Positions 1-64,000 of a stretch of 64,000 nt of DNA are shown one piece after another. Source of the DNA: Vicugna vicugna (Eukaryota); assembly GCA_013265495.1 (NCBI GenBank), contig MU058198.1, forward strand, positions 1,562,419 to 1,626,418, written 5' to 3'. The position numbers and the translations under genes were made by a program. The notes under the pieces were generated by a model. The model was not told where the DNA came from, did not search any database, and saw nothing but the letters and a program-made list of their open reading frames with translations. Every line of letters begins with the position of its first letter. Position 1 is the first letter of the stretch.

Positions 1-188
1 AGCAACCTAAAATGTTACAAATTACACGGTAACAACTCCTTGGAGAACGGCCATTGCACCCAAGCTAGGCAAAAACACACCAAAGGAAAGGGCCTCCAGT
101 CTCCTCATTACCACAGTACCTCAGTAATTAGGGGACCTCTGAGTCTGAGGCACCACCTCTTTCCCTGACATGGACGTTGACCTAGCTA

Positions 189-488
189 TAGAGTTGCCAG
201 ACTTATTAAATAAAAATACAGGCCACTCGGTGAAATGGAATTTCAGATAAACAACAAATCATATTTATATGAACAGTAGTTTTTTTTGTTTTTTGGGGGG
301 GGATGTTAATTAGGTATATTTACTTTTTTTTGATGGAGGTACTGGGGATTGAACCCAGGACTTTGTGCATGCTAGGCATACACTCCGTCACTGAGCTATA
401 CCCTCCCCCTCCAACAAATCATATTTAATATAAGTATGTCCCAAATACTGCATGGAACATTTTATACCCTATTTTACTGGCAACCCTG
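189..488. mobile_element. MER53-like hAT MITE interrupted by a SINE
   Basis: Terminal inverted repeats tagagttgccag / ctggcaaccctg; the internal sequence resembles the recalled MER53 consensus. Confidence 0.7.
268..411 (-). mobile_element. tRNA-derived SINE (camelid vic-1-like)
   Basis: A box (tagctcagtg) and B box (ggttcaatcc) on the minus strand, A-rich tail, perfect 16-bp TSD caacaaatcatattta (252-267 / 412-427). Confidence 0.88.
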
Positions 489-565
489 AGTGCAAACTTG
501 AATGCGCCCCCGCATCTGTCTGTGATCTTTTCCCCAGGCCATCCAGGTGCCCTGTCATCTCTCAC

Positions 566-62726
<62,161 letters not shown>

Positions 62727-63025
62727 CTGGGAGAGCAAAGACATGTCTGCAGACCCTCCGGAGAGGACCCCGTCCTGCTCAGCAGACATTCCCAGCAACA
62801 CGCTTGTGCCCCGTCCCTTCAGAAACCAGACTTGCCCACAAACTTGATAGAGAAACCCTATCATTTGAAGATCTCTTCATAGAGTTACCATAATGAGCAA
62901 AGGACGCACTATAACCCTCTCTCAAAGGTAGGATAAAACAGCAAGCACATGCATATGTATAACATATACTGTACAAGAAATTATGTGTATATGCTTTTAT
63001 GTGTATATAAGAATGTATATGTAAA

Positions 63026-63026
<1 letters not shown>

Positions 63027-63059
<33 letters not shown>
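63027..63059. repeat. (CA)16 microsatellite
   Basis: Perfect dinucleotide run. Confidence 0.97.
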
Positions 63060-63061
<2 letters not shown>

Positions 63062-63244
63062 GAGGATTACATCAAACTATTAACAATGTTAATCCCTGAA
63101 GAGTGGGACTAAGGGTCACTGAGGGGACACATTTTTGCACAACTGTAACATTACAATTTTTTTCAATAGCCATGTTCTATTTTTTTAATTTAAGAAAACC
63201 AATTCAAAATTGAATATATTCAGCACACAGTACATGCATACTCA

Positions 63245-63578
63245 TGTGCACTGCCATATCTCGCTTTTCCCAGGCACACAGGAGGACCACATTCCCTAGC
63301 CTCCTATACAGTTAGGGCTGGCCACGCCACTGAGTCCTAGCCAATGGCATGTGAGTGAAAGGGAAGTATGCCACTTGGAGGACTGGTCCCTAAAAACCTC
63401 CTCTGTGCTCACATAGTGTAGCTGTGAGATGCGAGTAACCTGGGTCCCTGACCCATCCCTTGGGGAAGAACTGCCCTGATCACAAATATCCACTTTGGAT
63501 TTCCAGGGAGTGAAAAGTAAACTTTTGCTGTGCTAAGGCACTGGAACTTGGAGGTCGGGTTTACCCTAACTAATATAC
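63245..63578. mobile_element. Old MLT1 (J/I-like) LTR
   Basis: gcagttagg-like motif...tagccaatgg...taaactttt...ccctaactaata. Confidence 0.6.
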
Positions 63579-64000
63579 TTATGCACATTTCCCTGGGGGG
63601 TTCCTCTCTAATACGACTGATTTACTTTAAAAGCAAAGGCTTTATGTTGCTCACCAGCACCTAGCACAGGGCTGGGCATAAGGTAGGTGGCTCGATGAAG
63701 GCTTGCCAATTGAATAAATAAATGAACTGAACAGGCAAATCAATGTAACCCAAGTATCCTATAGAAAAAAATTAACCTCATGTGACTGAGGCAGCCTCTT
63801 AGCCTAGGAAGAGTGGCACAATCCACTGAGAATATCTACCCCCTCTTCCATTAAAAGCAAGGACCTCCAGGCCACAAAGACACTGAGGGCCTTGTGGAGA
63901 TACCTGCAATAACAAAAAAATCAAATGACGATGTCCAAGACAAGTAGAAAGACAAACGTAAAATCTGGAATAGATTGATAAAAGCCATTTTACGAAGAAT

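Overview
Mammalian genomic DNA, probably from a camelid given the tRNA-derived SINE family present. The window lies inside one large minus-strand gene, the axonemal dynein heavy chain DNAH3. I traced 22 consecutive coding exons (62726 down to 566). All have GT-AG boundaries, and their phases join into one uninterrupted 6341-nt frame (about 2113 codons). This covers the end of AAA1, AAA2-AAA4, the stalk/MTBD, AAA5 and most of AAA6. The gene start and end lie outside the window. One internal exon is 2142 nt, and one intron is only 79 nt. The introns are filled with L1s, tRNA-derived SINEs, MIR/L2, MLT1 and ERV LTRs, hAT/Tigger MITEs and simple repeats, plus a 13-N assembly gap. I see no evidence of a novel multi-gene system. 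The most interesting signals are: splice-architecture oddities (regenerated 5' splice sites, a candidate 18-nt microexon beside a palindrome), a 42-bp locally templated copy ending in a fold-back hairpin, and an L1 that keeps its 5' UTR but is internally deleted and 3'-truncated. Repeat family names and ortholog comparisons are from memory, not from a search.
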